From IMG/VR virus record IMGVR_UViG_3300020183_000048: 64,000 bases of DNA; one strand, given 5' to 3'. This DNA is from an uncultured virus (IMG/VR IMGVR_UViG_3300020183_000048). Its lineage: Duplodnaviria; Heunggongvirae; Uroviricota; Caudoviricetes. The notes under the pieces were generated by a model. It ran no database searches. It had not been told where the DNA came from and saw nothing but the letters and a program-made list of their open reading frames with translations. Of the stretch, positions 51,201 through 59,518 are shown one piece after another (the first letter of the stretch is position 1; every line of letters begins with the position of its first letter). The translations under genes were made by a program, and so were the position numbers.

Positions 51201-54200
51201 ATTGGATTGCCATTACTATCAAAAGTTGGATTTCCGTTTGAATCTAATACTGGTCGTGAATCAGAATTTCCCACATATATATCAATATAAGAACCGCTAT
51301 CTCTAACAAATTGAACATAAAAATTTTGTCCAGTAGTAATATTAGTTGCATCATATGGGGTTATAATATTAGTAGGATTAGTTGGATCTCCAATTCGTCC
51401 AGAAGAAAAAATCATATCTCCATAATCTATAACAGACCCATCTGGAGCAAATTTTCTAGCTTTTATAGTTGACCAATTAAACGGAGTATTTGAATCTTTT
51501 GTATAACGAATAAAATATTGTCCTCTGCCTAGATCATAACTCCAGTAAACCGATACCTTAATTTTTTTGAGAGAGAATGTGTACTTACTATTTTCATATA
51601 CTGTAATATTAGAAGTTTTTTCCAACCCAAAAGCTTGATCCTCAAAAGAATAAGATTTATCTGTGGTGAATGTAATTGGTGCGAATTGAGTTGGATAAAA
51701 TTCACTTGGAGTAATTGTTATTGAAGAAGCACTATCAATACTCGTAACTGTAGCTCCATCCCAAGATAATACACCAGTATTTGTGATAGTTGAACCGACT
51801 TCAATTCCACTAATACTTGATAGTCCAGTAATTGTTCCATTATTATATAATGTTCCAGTGTAAGTTTTTCTGGTGCCACTATAAATTGTATCTACAAAAT
51901 CTACAGATGGTTTAATTCTTTCTACAGTAATTTTATCACCAGATTCTAACATGTGTGGTTTTTCTTGGTGAATTTGAATTTCAGCCAATTCACCATAAAT
52001 GTATAATCTATCATTTGATGTCTGGACTGTATTTAAACTAGTTGTATAATTTCTTGTAATTTGTCCACTTACTTCATCAATAACAGCATTAAACCCAGAA
52101 CCTCCTGTTTCATTATTATTAATAACTAGAGTATCTCCAGTTTTATAATTATTTCCTGCATAATCAATATAAACATTTTCAACACCACCAGTGTAAAACT
52201 GAGTAACTTCAGATCTTGTTTTACTTGAAAGATTACTTGATTTTGGAAAATATGGAAAATCGGAATCGTCTGATTTAATTCTTTTTAACCCAGGCGGCAG
52301 AGAAGAATTTAAATATTTTTGTGTGGTGTTATACGAATCAATTTTATTTCTAAAAAGTGGTCCAATAAAATATGGATAAAACTCTGTTGCAAAATATGCA
52401 TAAGTACCAGTGGGGAAGTCTGGTGTTACACAGAACTTCCCATTATACTGATCCAGAGTACCAAACTTTGGATCAAATACATAATCGTCTACTAGAGATC
52501 CAATTGGATATGTGTCAACACTTGGTCTATATGCAGGAATTGGAATAACTATTTGAGCTCCTGTTCTTTCATCAGTAAATGTTCCGTATCTAATTTTATA
52601 TGAAGAAGTCTGTAGTGTAACACGTGATTTTAAATCACTTGTAATTGGATCAGAAAATGCTAATCTTCCATAAATGGGGTTACCATCATAAGCCCAACCA
52701 ATTATACTAGAATGTTTATTCCGTGGAATAATAATTTCATTTGTGGTATAAAAAACATTTGGATCATAAGGTCTAGGTAGTCTAAGTGTTACACTGCTTG
52801 CATTAATTACGTTACTATTTGGTATATTGGGTACTGATGTAAATGCAATAACAGTTGCTGCAATTTTTGTGTTCATTAAAGTAAATGATACTGAACCTGT
52901 GACTGGGCAATTGTTGATGCGAGTTCTATTAGAGGCTGTTTGTGAAATAAATTGACCTAAGTGTATTCTAAACTGATCATTATTTTGTTTAAATATAATT
53001 AAATTTGTCAAATCTGGAATACCATTAGCATTAACAGCAGAAGGGAAATTAATAATAATTCTATCACCAGTTTGTAATCCGTGATTGGTAGCATTAATAG
53101 TCCAAATAAATGCATTGCCCGTGGGCAGGTAAGATGGTTGTTCAGGTCTTACAAATGTTCCAAATCGTGAACTGTACTGTGTATCAATAATTACTTCATC
53201 ACCAATTTCAAAAAATCCAGCAGTTTCTCTTGTAAACTGATATGTTACATTGGTAAAAGATGAATCGAAACTTGTAAATACTGGGATATATGGAATAACA
53301 GTAGATTTATCTAGTCTGTTTAAAATAGGGGCAGTTGGTTTAATTTGCAAATATTCTGGATAATTTTTTGTATCTGGTACTTGATCTGTAGTAACTAAAG
53401 GTGAATCTGAATAGTTAAATACATACCCACCATAATTGTCAATTTTTGAAGAAAGAACTTCGGGAATAACTGGTGTCCATTGTGTAATCGTTGTTTTTGT
53501 AGCAAATAATGACCCTCTAGAAATAAATTTTACAACTGGTGGTATTGTGTAATTTTCCCCACCATTGATAATATCAACATCAATAACTTTTCCGTTAGAA
53601 TCGATTACAGCTATACCAGCTGCATTTTTCCCATCACCAATAAATTTGACAATTGGAGGTACATAGTAATTTTCACCTTCTTTATCAATAATGACAGATC
53701 TTACTTGATTATTAAATATTTCAGCAAATCCTGTTGCACCAGATCCAGTATCAACTATAAGTTTAGGATTTTCAGTATAACTATTTTTTCTTTCCGAATC
53801 TGTTAAAGTAATTGTTTTGTATGCTAAAGGATTGAAATCCAAAGAGTTTACTTGGGATCTAGTAAATGGACGAAAAGTAATTGGATCAATTGCAACACCA
53901 ACAGAACCCGACATTACAATATTATTTTGTGGAACAGTAAAATCAATTCCAGGTCCTGTTACTTTAACAATTGGTGTTTTGGTGTAATATTCTCCAGCAC
54001 TTGAAATTAAAATCTTTACAATTTTTCCACCAACAACTTCTGTTCTAAGTTCAGCACCTTTTCCTGTAATATCACCCGAGGATCTTGATACTGTAACTGT
54101 TGCTTTTTGATCGTTTATACCAACAGTTCCACTAAATGTCAATAATGATTCGTCGATTCCATCTAATGAGACTGAAACAAATGATGAATAAATTGATATT

Positions 54201-56611
54201 ATTTTTGAAGTTCTTGTAGTAAGTACTTGAGTAGATTCTCCTGCACCAGTAATTTTAACATATGGAAGTCTTTCATGTAAACGTTGTGGTAATATATAGC
54301 CCGAACCATTATTACTTATGGTAACGCTTTCAATTCTACCATATGTTATTTTATTACCAGTGTAACTATTAATCTCAATTCCATCATTAGTAAGCCCAAT
54401 ACCTCTTTGATTGACAGAAGGATTTTTTACTGCATCATATGAAAGTTTTGCTTTAGGTATTCTCTTGATATGTTTTTGATTGGCATACGTTCTTGTCTGA
54501 CTAGTAGTATAAGGAGGAGTTCCAGAAGAAGCTATATAAACATATTTTTTTGCTTCATCTTCGTATAAAGATGCAAGACCATTATTAGCACTACTACCAA
54601 ATGAAGAAATCCAAGACGTATGAATTGGTTCTGAAAATTCAGAATAATCTTCTTTCTCTTCAAATGTAGTTTCTGTAAATAAAGATCCACCATCATCGAT
54701 GATAATTTTTCCAGGAACACTAATAACTCTAAGTAGTGCAAAATTTTCACCAGTATTGTCTAAATTAATTTTTAATAGATACCAGTGATTTTTGAGTAGT
54801 TTTGAATTATATCTTCCAATTAGTGAAACTTCTGTGCCTTCTGATTGTGGAGTTACTGGTATATAAGTTTTATCTCCAAAATAATCTACATACTGTCTTT
54901 CACACTCTAAAAATTGATTAATTGATTTATTTTTGTACCTGATTGTTTCAGCACCAATTCTAATAATTCCATTTCTTGCTGGAAACCCAACAGTTGAGTC
55001 TACACTAACTGTGGTGGATGAAGAAGATAGAGACTGAGTTAATCTAGTCTGTGGTGGTAAAAATATATTTTCAGTAATACTTCTTTCTGTAGTATTGATA
55101 TCAAAAATAATTTTTCCTAGTTTATCATCATAAACTTTATCGATATTGATAATATTTAATTGTGTGAAGGGAATACATACACCAGCATCGTGCTCATCAT
55201 CTAGTTCCTGGATTAAAAATAAACCTTCACTATTTTCAAGTAGTGCAAGATCTGTTTCACCATTTGTTGAAGTTACATATTCACATTTTAAAATTTCTCT
55301 AGTTTCATATTTTGAAGCTGATGGACGTAAAACATTTTCAAATGGATATTCGATAGAAGGATCTACCGTTGTAATTTCAATGGGTTCCAAATCAATGTAT
55401 TCATTTGGATTACCATAAATGTCATTTGATAAAACTTTTCTAATTAATGATTTAACTTTTCTTCTTGGAATTTGATCGCTCTTTAATTTTCTTACACCCT
55501 CTAATACTTCTCCAGGTGAAAATACACCAACTGTATTATAAAGAGTTAGTTCTCCAGTTCCAGCATTCCAATATTTTACAAATCCAAATGCTCCAGAAGT
55601 TTGTCCAATTACTTTCTGTTCTTGAACAAACTCTTTCTCATATACTTCTAATATTACTTGGCCCTTATAATTTTTTCCTCTATTTACAATAGTGAGACCG
55701 TCAGGTGGAATTCTTCCTCCGTAAGGACTATCAACAATATTGTTCACGATTACCGAAGCATTTTCTCCATTTCCAACTACATTTACAAGTGGATATGAAG
55801 ATGGTTCTAAATTAAATCCGTAATTAGTTGTTGGGGCTTGACCAGGAATATCATTGTTAATAATTTCATATCCTAGTGTATTCTGATCACTTGAACCAAT
55901 TTTTCCACTGAATACATTAACTCTAATTTTTGGTCCTACTCCAGCATTCTCTACTTTTAGTTTTACATACTTTTGATTAAAAAGAATTCTAAAAAGAAAT
56001 TTGTGTGACCTAGGTGTTCCCTTTGATAAATAAAACTCTTTAATATTTTTGAATAAAACTCTTAGATTTAAATCTGATGGTAGATCTTGTGGAAAACCTG
56101 GTAGGACTTCATTCTTAAATCTAGTAATAAATTCTGTAGTGAAAATATAAGCTAAATTAATAACTTGTGCATTTTTTGCATGGATAGCAGGAACTGAATC
56201 GCTAAATGTTACATCTCCAGTTGTCCTGTTATAATCGGTAATTGCACTGGAACCTCTTACACATCCTGTAAAAGAAGTTCTAGTTTTTTCTTTATAGAAA
56301 ATAATTTCATTATCAATTTTAATATAACCATTTGTATGTGGAAATCCAACAGTGCTGATTACGTTAATTGTGTCTAATGAAACATCCAACTTAGTAGTAA
56401 TACTAGTTGATTTTACTAAGTCTTTTGGTGTATAATTTTGTATATTGTAATATTCTAGTAAATTATCAACCAAATCTAAAGAACTGTACTTACTTTCTAA
56501 AGACTCATAATAGTTCTTTAGAAATTTTGCAAACAGGGGATATGTCTCCGAAATATATTCGGGGATTCTTTCGTCAATTCTTGAGGATACTTTTCCTAGA
56601 GTAGTAGTCAT
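42272..56611 (-). CDS. gp7: 4779-aa baseplate wedge initiator-like multi-domain protein
   Basis: IPEYISETYPLFAKFLKNYY, IKEFYLSKGT, DSNYYQIYSY...HAIG; lies between gp6 and gp8. Confidence 0.8.
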   Translation of the reverse strand: MTTTLGKVSSRIDERIPEYISETYPLFAKFLKNYYESLESKYSSLDLVDNLLEYYNIQNYTPKDLVKSTSITTKLDVSLDTINVISTVGFPHTNGYIKIDNEIIFYKEKTRTSFTGCVRGSSAITDYNRTTGDVTFSDSVPAIHAKNAQVINLAYIFTTEFITRFKNEVLPGFPQDLPSDLNLRVLFKNIKEFYLSKGTPRSHKFLFRILFNQKYVKLKVENAGVGPKIRVNVFSGKIGSSDQNTLGYEIINNDIPGQAPTTNYGFNLEPSSYPLVNVVGNGENASVIVNNIVDSPYGGRIPPDGLTIVNRGKNYKGQVILEVYEKEFVQEQKVIGQTSGAFGFVKYWNAGTGELTLYNTVGVFSPGEVLEGVRKLKSDQIPRRKVKSLIRKVLSNDIYGNPNEYIDLEPIEITTVDPSIEYPFENVLRPSASKYETREILKCEYVTSTNGETDLALLENSEGLFLIQELDDEHDAGVCIPFTQLNIINIDKVYDDKLGKIIFDINTTERSITENIFLPPQTRLTQSLSSSSTTVSVDSTVGFPARNGIIRIGAETIRYKNKSINQFLECERQYVDYFGDKTYIPVTPQSEGTEVSLIGRYNSKLLKNHWYLLKINLDNTGENFALLRVISVPGKIIIDDGGSLFTETTFEEKEDYSEFSEPIHTSWISSFGSSANNGLASLYEDEAKKYVYIASSGTPPYTTSQTRTYANQKHIKRIPKAKLSYDAVKNPSVNQRGIGLTNDGIEINSYTGNKITYGRIESVTISNNGSGYILPQRLHERLPYVKITGAGESTQVLTTRTSKIISIYSSFVSVSLDGIDESLLTFSGTVGINDQKATVTVSRSSGDITGKGAELRTEVVGGKIVKILISSAGEYYTKTPIVKVTGPGIDFTVPQNNIVMSGSVGVAIDPITFRPFTRSQVNSLDFNPLAYKTITLTDSERKNSYTENPKLIVDTGSGATGFAEIFNNQVRSVIIDKEGENYYVPPIVKFIGDGKNAAGIAVIDSNGKVIDVDIINGGENYTIPPVVKFISRGSLFATKTTITQWTPVIPEVLSSKIDNYGGYVFNYSDSPLVTTDQVPDTKNYPEYLQIKPTAPILNRLDKSTVIPYIPVFTSFDSSFTNVTYQFTRETAGFFEIGDEVIIDTQYSSRFGTFVRPEQPSYLPTGNAFIWTINATNHGLQTGDRIIINFPSAVNANGIPDLTNLIIFKQNNDQFRIHLGQFISQTASNRTRINNCPVTGSVSFTLMNTKIAATVIAFTSVPNIPNSNVINASSVTLRLPRPYDPNVFYTTNEIIIPRNKHSSIIGWAYDGNPIYGRLAFSDPITSDLKSRVTLQTSSYKIRYGTFTDERTGAQIVIPIPAYRPSVDTYPIGSLVDDYVFDPKFGTLDQYNGKFCVTPDFPTGTYAYFATEFYPYFIGPLFRNKIDSYNTTQKYLNSSLPPGLKRIKSDDSDFPYFPKSSNLSSKTRSEVTQFYTGGVENVYIDYAGNNYKTGDTLVINNNETGGSGFNAVIDEVSGQITRNYTTSLNTVQTSNDRLYIYGELAEIQIHQEKPHMLESGDKITVERIKPSVDFVDTIYSGTRKTYTGTLYNNGTITGLSSISGIEVGSTITNTGVLSWDGATVTSIDSASSITITPSEFYPTQFAPITFTTDKSYSFEDQAFGLEKTSNITVYENSKYTFSLKKIKVSVYWSYDLGRGQYFIRYTKDSNTPFNWSTIKARKFAPDGSVIDYGDMIFSSGRIGDPTNPTNIITPYDATNITTGQNFYVQFVRDSGSYIDIYVGNSDSRPVLDSNGNPTFDSNGNPILNAYDPLNLNPNGLSTIEYPEYFAENGSVVGPYSGRSITPPVNYIISFDLASKSLYFSEDNIGQFLFLNKNAYLIDNHEVFIKPTTKESDLPNVYLQVRDEILEKTVKNFTLDFENEIFEGTYPIEKIDDYKFKFSKTIPEEYKVYNYGNLELTNLTIDSVGNLTGISQSNIANLKVGMVVTHSDLVLVSCATIANLPVSQETETTLTGPTGNDAGRFPAVDTVIQIVGSTIAGSRVITLSQSERNKFNQIRYLEYNISGNGIPPNAFMVPNFTNNSFELFSFDGSTIIPAFATQTAQNVTLQISITTIKVGNTNQCVLVKNQTIPSQNGVYVLTRQGVQGTTAWQLTRLLGWSPIDKTKIGNYYVGVRDGSQRGVYDNDFNTTTGIFGTTPITFTLDPSRGMMYAWWTNNINLIKTIGSSVVGLNWQYFSLPGIVNINVGNVRIHSTSPRSYNMNSIDWYTRSSTVSGPIRSVKIIDGGKGYKKLPEITGVSSSYGYGAKLQADSNTIGKIKKIDYITVGDFYGNDRTIDFDLQSDVVLKLKQNYEISSVTILDRGENYYVEPTIKVKEDIPLTELAGIYDPPIQFKTTIQSGKLQTVEVVSGGNFLLDTPELIVDASGTGGSGALVRANLSRSVLNKDSIISIKKVTDAVSYIQSVNTNQSNIIFETNHNFKSNDLVLYECTGLPLVTNPPDIFANQVQLYVKIVDATTIQLSTIPAGPAITLLPGSFINEKNLHKISKLPVFETIATAKVVSYDKNNSTVQLKEISGNIISKDFFGNYIWESAYLFDERQVPFSTILKATKSKTRFKSSFTSVLKPRFTNNIGFISEATQKITDSNYYQIYSYLIGYNTNVKDWYNLIYKNSHAIGNKLFGKHIIESNQSVYQNTQGIIKNIIGFNLTLKNILNLKLNYSVINQQILYLNDVAPQALSAGGVIVGGTSQAIAKVDNISNTILFITSKNGLQFTNGENVYYYKPQYLFSPRIKTDTLNSLVVYNGVLQEPNDSYTVDENKLSLAFPVNDKDKIFIIQTSSLVSDFFENFLPVISDSWDFGGDMSQYTKLFTAQIPPKDAKDIVTFRSIIGDGTDRIVLQRSGETVNISNSLKNKLIVSVNGVVLDSTLYSILNGNVVVLTTGNIFPEGSKVFALYFDALQKLFFTKINDYTYKINNLSTLTVKRSSLLLSVNGAIQNSTDSVIEQSRFTIAGTFLTFDEPIASTAFIHGWLINNKCYTENLDTSVFEERFVSTSLNITRDKLITRTFESNKKVNFNNKYQQVKRKLLSGTAYSGTSSGNPSVDGTYIYGNDTKFVTTFPEQSSSFVELVENISSQFNGIKKEFILKSPNSELTFLNEFDFRDSQGNLTSPPPSPSANLIHTNFILNDSEKLLVTINNLPLVLGEDYTLNYDEDGQKIIFVNAPSVGSNCCIFYFQSTYDSKDIVVGQDYFDGSRKTFFLNEDGIPLYVRNSGDVLAIRNGVLQPFGSGFVTSILNTVSFDEPPLPSDDIKLLYFRKLLLSPNSVKDPNNYLLDIPGYIDGIRNTFTLTKDGYPLLVNNVNKIFPFRFEGIYQYYLNSYSYSNNALTFVDSPQINEPLFIMAFNTTTQITELQFEQFSSNSLKLRNTVNLDLATQTMIIFVNGVMQQYNPQIGSWTWTTDVPDNIPDNRFFTILNYITDDNDFIDYSNYELYQSPNILPDGEFVILFDGTINVLIDDIKIYFVPFATTLDYIATGGGGLNIEERTTNTAFDITYSTLPYAVEKEDSILVNVNGITQNPGVAYKIQKTNLSQVLEFDYLEDSPGGLFGFSNKISDSGNFLVVSAPLKETTIIGSTGVVRLYRKTQNNWTLITSLSISRTDRGYPGSSLQFGYSVDITKDCEKIVVGCPLWATATNEEVGAVSFYNTVISTSGAVTVSRNTFVKAPTGINSGARFGHQVSIDKFGKIAAVSAPFENVNGVIASGAVYIYRFDVELGKWFFDKKITPKYPQTNENFGISLDISADSSILSVGTRQQVYIFNYFENLWYEEDQITPDDVQPFDSFGNSISITEDGNKLIVGSPRDTSNTLIQTRAFEYLQYISDDSEIFDRENMISQKLNSSINLICGTAYIFVRSGTNLTGFKWVLEQKITPPNPDYDQEFGFAVSISSDGTRVVIGSPNRANEITNQPEGKVYVYDFSNQQLGNNYGPWQLTQTISNQNALIYDRFGDSLSMSSSGNSLIIGAPYDDNSWGVNSGTIYYYAGSRINFIDGVTNLSNVMITDFSRMNLCKVDSFDERMNGTNTRFRLIRNKIPFTRWRNTSDILISVNGVLRTPYIDYFVENGYINFRQNPPNDSTDEIYIIAMFNNQLLRLENLADGKTKVDKIINSSTIKLLPSSGHTPGNIAFKLLDSSIVDQTTYIGTLSEDGYVTNIQDTSSITVGVVVQKSYGTGVFYSGPLNTFSFSDDALGQLGSENRNIIDDSLIVQVNGVVQTYNSGFTYLNNNKFKLDSPLDTDPDGPAANIFAIRLDSLVILDNINNGFNGSNKTFPLFYNSKNFVPTGTVEDDSVPSPRNLLVFKNDKILEPFEEYNLTGPIKSKINFTVAPTSTDKFIIRNLGLFKQLDKITTGFNNSTKIFYMKYQGLDYYPNAEIERPRDYENQILVIKDGYIQNSLVDYYIDHNRIVFTNAPASNTVEIMLYDFMGRKEDVSVIDRVENIQVGDTIKLSGDTDVRKVTQVISPSLLRTSTYNGITKGIGLSVSPVISNGKITNATVTSTGFDYPENLVISAVGTGSGGEIIVKDVSYTNGGRVSTSNLEIIDSGFNYFNAPTLRINRPIEIVRKDMFSSSFTRKLYRLTSNVTTSSVDIDMQTVSGLPTSNINIKIISTTGSVSSGSGAVLKPYVYGGEIVKVDIINAGSGYDLANTILIVEGGGGSGAELKPVLSSTGKFVQVTIINAGIGYDYHSVIIGKETVYYTIANPTTLKLESCTRPNPQNWSSSTYVIYDKEL

Positions 56612-56622
56612 ATTTACCTATA

Positions 56623-58809
56623 TTAGCAGTTATCTAATGGTAGTCCTGGATCTAAATCTTTTATTGTAATAATTGGATTTGTAGCATCTACAAAACCACA
56701 ATCTTTACTATTAAGTTCGATAATCTTATCATATGTACCACCTTTACCATCTGCATAAACACCCCACTTATTGAATCCCTTGCAGTATTCGTTTAGAAGT
56801 GTTCCAGCATTAGGATAAATTGGGTCTCCACCAAAACCACAAGAAGAACTATTTTGTTTAATTAGTTTGGTGTATGTTCCACCAGTAGAATTGGTGAAAG
56901 TTCCATATTCATCAAATCCTAAACAATATGTACTAATTAATTGTTCACTTAATGGTGTTTCATCATCACCAATTTCATCTGTAGGATAATCTAGTATTAT
57001 TTCTTCATCACCATCATAATCATCTTCTGGAATAATTTCCAAACCACAAATTTCAACATCAATTAGTGTATCATTTGGAAATCCTATAAATTCTGGTTCG
57101 GAAGGTACAACTGTAATATTTATTATCTGTTCAGAAGGGAGATTTAAAGTAAATTCCAAACATCCTGTTTTGTAATCAATAGTTCCGACGACTCCTAAAA
57201 TTACATATTTTTTAAATGTAGCATCGTATCTTCTTAAAATTAATGAACCATTTGCATTATCAGTGATGTGTACTTTATATGATCTCCCAACATGATCGAA
57301 CCCTGTCGTTGTTGCTGAAATAAGGTTACACTTTCCTGGAGAAATAGGTGTTGTAGTTACAGACCCATTTCCAATTGGAGTTCCAAAACAAATGATATAT
57401 TTTCTATTTCCAGCTGTTCCTGTCAATCTATATTTCAAAACTGGTCTTGAAATTGCAGTAGAAATAGAACCTTCAGAATTTAGAATATCTCTTCTCAATG
57501 AAGTCTGTGAATATTTTGAACCAAATCCTGTTGTATCATCACCAGATCCAAAAGTAGAAACAATTTGTCTTACTGTATTTCCAATATCAGCCTGTGACAA
57601 ATTAGTTTTTGAAGTATTATATAATATTTTAAGATAAATGCAAATTCTGACTACAAATGGATCTAAAATTGTTGGAAATACCGCACCAACAATATAAGCT
57701 CTTAATTTTTTAGTTATGGTATCTTTTACAGCAGCAGATAATATATCACCAAACTTTGGTTGAATTGTAATGAATACTTTACCATACTGGGGAGGATTCA
57801 GAGTTTCACCACCAACAACTCTAAGAGCTTTAATATTTGGGTAAATACTCCTGATAATAGATTCGTAATCAGCAGCAGTTACAGCTCTGTCTTGACTGCT
57901 ATAATATCTTGGTGCATTATATTTGATTGATTTAATACTTTCAAATTCTGATCCATTAGAAGATGATGTTACTAAGGGAGTAACTTGAACACTTTTTGAT
58001 GATACTACAGTTGGTTTAGTATTATAGATAGATGCAACCGAACCAACAAAAATAAAGTTTTTAATACTATTTGCTTTTGACCCGTTAGTAATCAAATAAC
58101 GAATATCTATTTGCTCACCATTTTTTACTGCTCTTCCAAGAATATCATCACCAAATATAATTTCATATTTTTGATCTTGAACTTCTTCTACGAAGAAAAT
58201 CTTACTTGATGGCGTCAAATCAATAATTGTTTCTGATCTAGTATGAGTAATTCCATTTACCTTCACAGATATTTGACTTGAATCAATTAAACTATTTGGT
58301 ATTATAAATCTTTGATTTTCATCTTTTAAATCTACAATGTATGATGTATCAAATAAATTTCCTTCATATAGTTCAATATTTTTAAAAGTTGCAGTATTAT
58401 CTTTAATATTTGCTCTTTTGGTTTCTAGTAAATTAAATTTATAAGTTTTGTTGTTTAAGACACTAGACAATACTGGACCCGCATCTATTTGAACGTAATC
58501 TCCAGTTACATCATTTACTGTAATATTAATCTTCATACATGCTGCAGTATAAGACTTTGGATTGTATCCAAGTCTATTTGCAAGTGCAACAACATTATCA
58601 CGTATAACAGCCGTATCAATATTCAACTCATTTGCAACCATGTTGATGTTATAGGATTGCAAATGAGCATTATATGCTAAAAGATCCAATAGAACCGATA
58701 TATTCGATCCTTCATAATCGAAAGAATTAAAATCTGAATTGTTTCGTAAGTAATTCCGTAAAATGTACTTAATTTCTTTTGGATCTAACGGTGAAATTGG
58801 TGAAGACAT
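56623..58809 (-). CDS. gp6: baseplate wedge subunit with C-terminal extension
   Basis: FDYEGSNISVLLDLLAYN, FGDDILG, QDRAVTAADY, YGKVFI. Confidence 0.93.
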   Translation of the reverse strand: MSSPISPLDPKEIKYILRNYLRNNSDFNSFDYEGSNISVLLDLLAYNAHLQSYNINMVANELNIDTAVIRDNVVALANRLGYNPKSYTAACMKINITVNDVTGDYVQIDAGPVLSSVLNNKTYKFNLLETKRANIKDNTATFKNIELYEGNLFDTSYIVDLKDENQRFIIPNSLIDSSQISVKVNGITHTRSETIIDLTPSSKIFFVEEVQDQKYEIIFGDDILGRAVKNGEQIDIRYLITNGSKANSIKNFIFVGSVASIYNTKPTVVSSKSVQVTPLVTSSSNGSEFESIKSIKYNAPRYYSSQDRAVTAADYESIIRSIYPNIKALRVVGGETLNPPQYGKVFITIQPKFGDILSAAVKDTITKKLRAYIVGAVFPTILDPFVVRICIYLKILYNTSKTNLSQADIGNTVRQIVSTFGSGDDTTGFGSKYSQTSLRRDILNSEGSISTAISRPVLKYRLTGTAGNRKYIICFGTPIGNGSVTTTPISPGKCNLISATTTGFDHVGRSYKVHITDNANGSLILRRYDATFKKYVILGVVGTIDYKTGCLEFTLNLPSEQIINITVVPSEPEFIGFPNDTLIDVEICGLEIIPEDDYDGDEEIILDYPTDEIGDDETPLSEQLISTYCLGFDEYGTFTNSTGGTYTKLIKQNSSSCGFGGDPIYPNAGTLLNEYCKGFNKWGVYADGKGGTYDKIIELNSKDCGFVDATNPIITIKDLDPGLPLDNC

Positions 58810-58812
58810 CTT

Positions 58813-59229
58813 TTAACTTTCTCTTACTAGTAAATACGATAATTTTTGTATTACTTCATTACCAACAATTGTATATTCAATGACTATTTCTATATCATTT
58901 AAATCATTATCACGAAGAATATCTATTGATGTTAAAGAAATTCTTGGTTCAAAAGCTTTTAAAATATTTTCTATTTCACTAATAACTGAATTTACTTCTG
59001 GATACTCAGTTTCAAACAATTGAGAAGTAATTCTAGTCCCAACAAATTTATTAAATGGTCTTTCATTAATCGCAATTGCAATTAAATTTCTAACAGAAGC
59101 TTTAATTGCATCTTCATTCTTTAGAACATTAATGTCATTTGTGCTTGGATTACGTGTAAACGCGAAGCTAATATCCTTAAAACTTTTGGATACGTCTCCT
59201 AATTTAGTTTTGGCTGAATACCTTGGCAT
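58813..59229 (-). CDS. gp25: baseplate wedge subunit
   Basis: FKDISFAF..NP, AIKASVRNL, ERPF, FEPRI. Confidence 0.92.
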   Translation of the reverse strand: MPRYSAKTKLGDVSKSFKDISFAFTRNPSTNDINVLKNEDAIKASVRNLIAIAINERPFNKFVGTRITSQLFETEYPEVNSVISEIENILKAFEPRISLTSIDILRDNDLNDIEIVIEYTIVGNEVIQKLSYLLVRES

Positions 59230-59276
59230 TTAAAAATTTACACTTTATCTAATATAGTATATATGTGAGTTTTTAA

Positions 59277-59465
59277 TCAGTGCCAACGTTCTACATAGTC
59301 ATCAAAACCATTTTTTCCACCACAATGACGAGAATATCTATCCTCTGGTGGTTGATTTTTTTGTTTTTTTTCTGATTCGGGGTAATAATCGGTTATTAAT
59401 TTTGTGGTTCCCCACATTTCTTTCATGTAATTTACATCTCTATCTGGATTTGGTTTGATTGCCAT
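59277..59465 (-). CDS. conserved cyanophage hypothetical protein
   Basis: 62 aa, PNPDRD..YM..MWGT..LITDY; GGAG SD. Confidence 0.7.
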   Translation of the reverse strand: MAIKPNPDRDVNYMKEMWGTTKLITDYYPESEKKQKNQPPEDRYSRHCGGKNGFDDYVERWH

Positions 59466-59518
59466 CTGTTTTTCTCCAAAAAGGTTGAAACAGAACTTTT
59501 TACGGGGTTGCTATCCCG

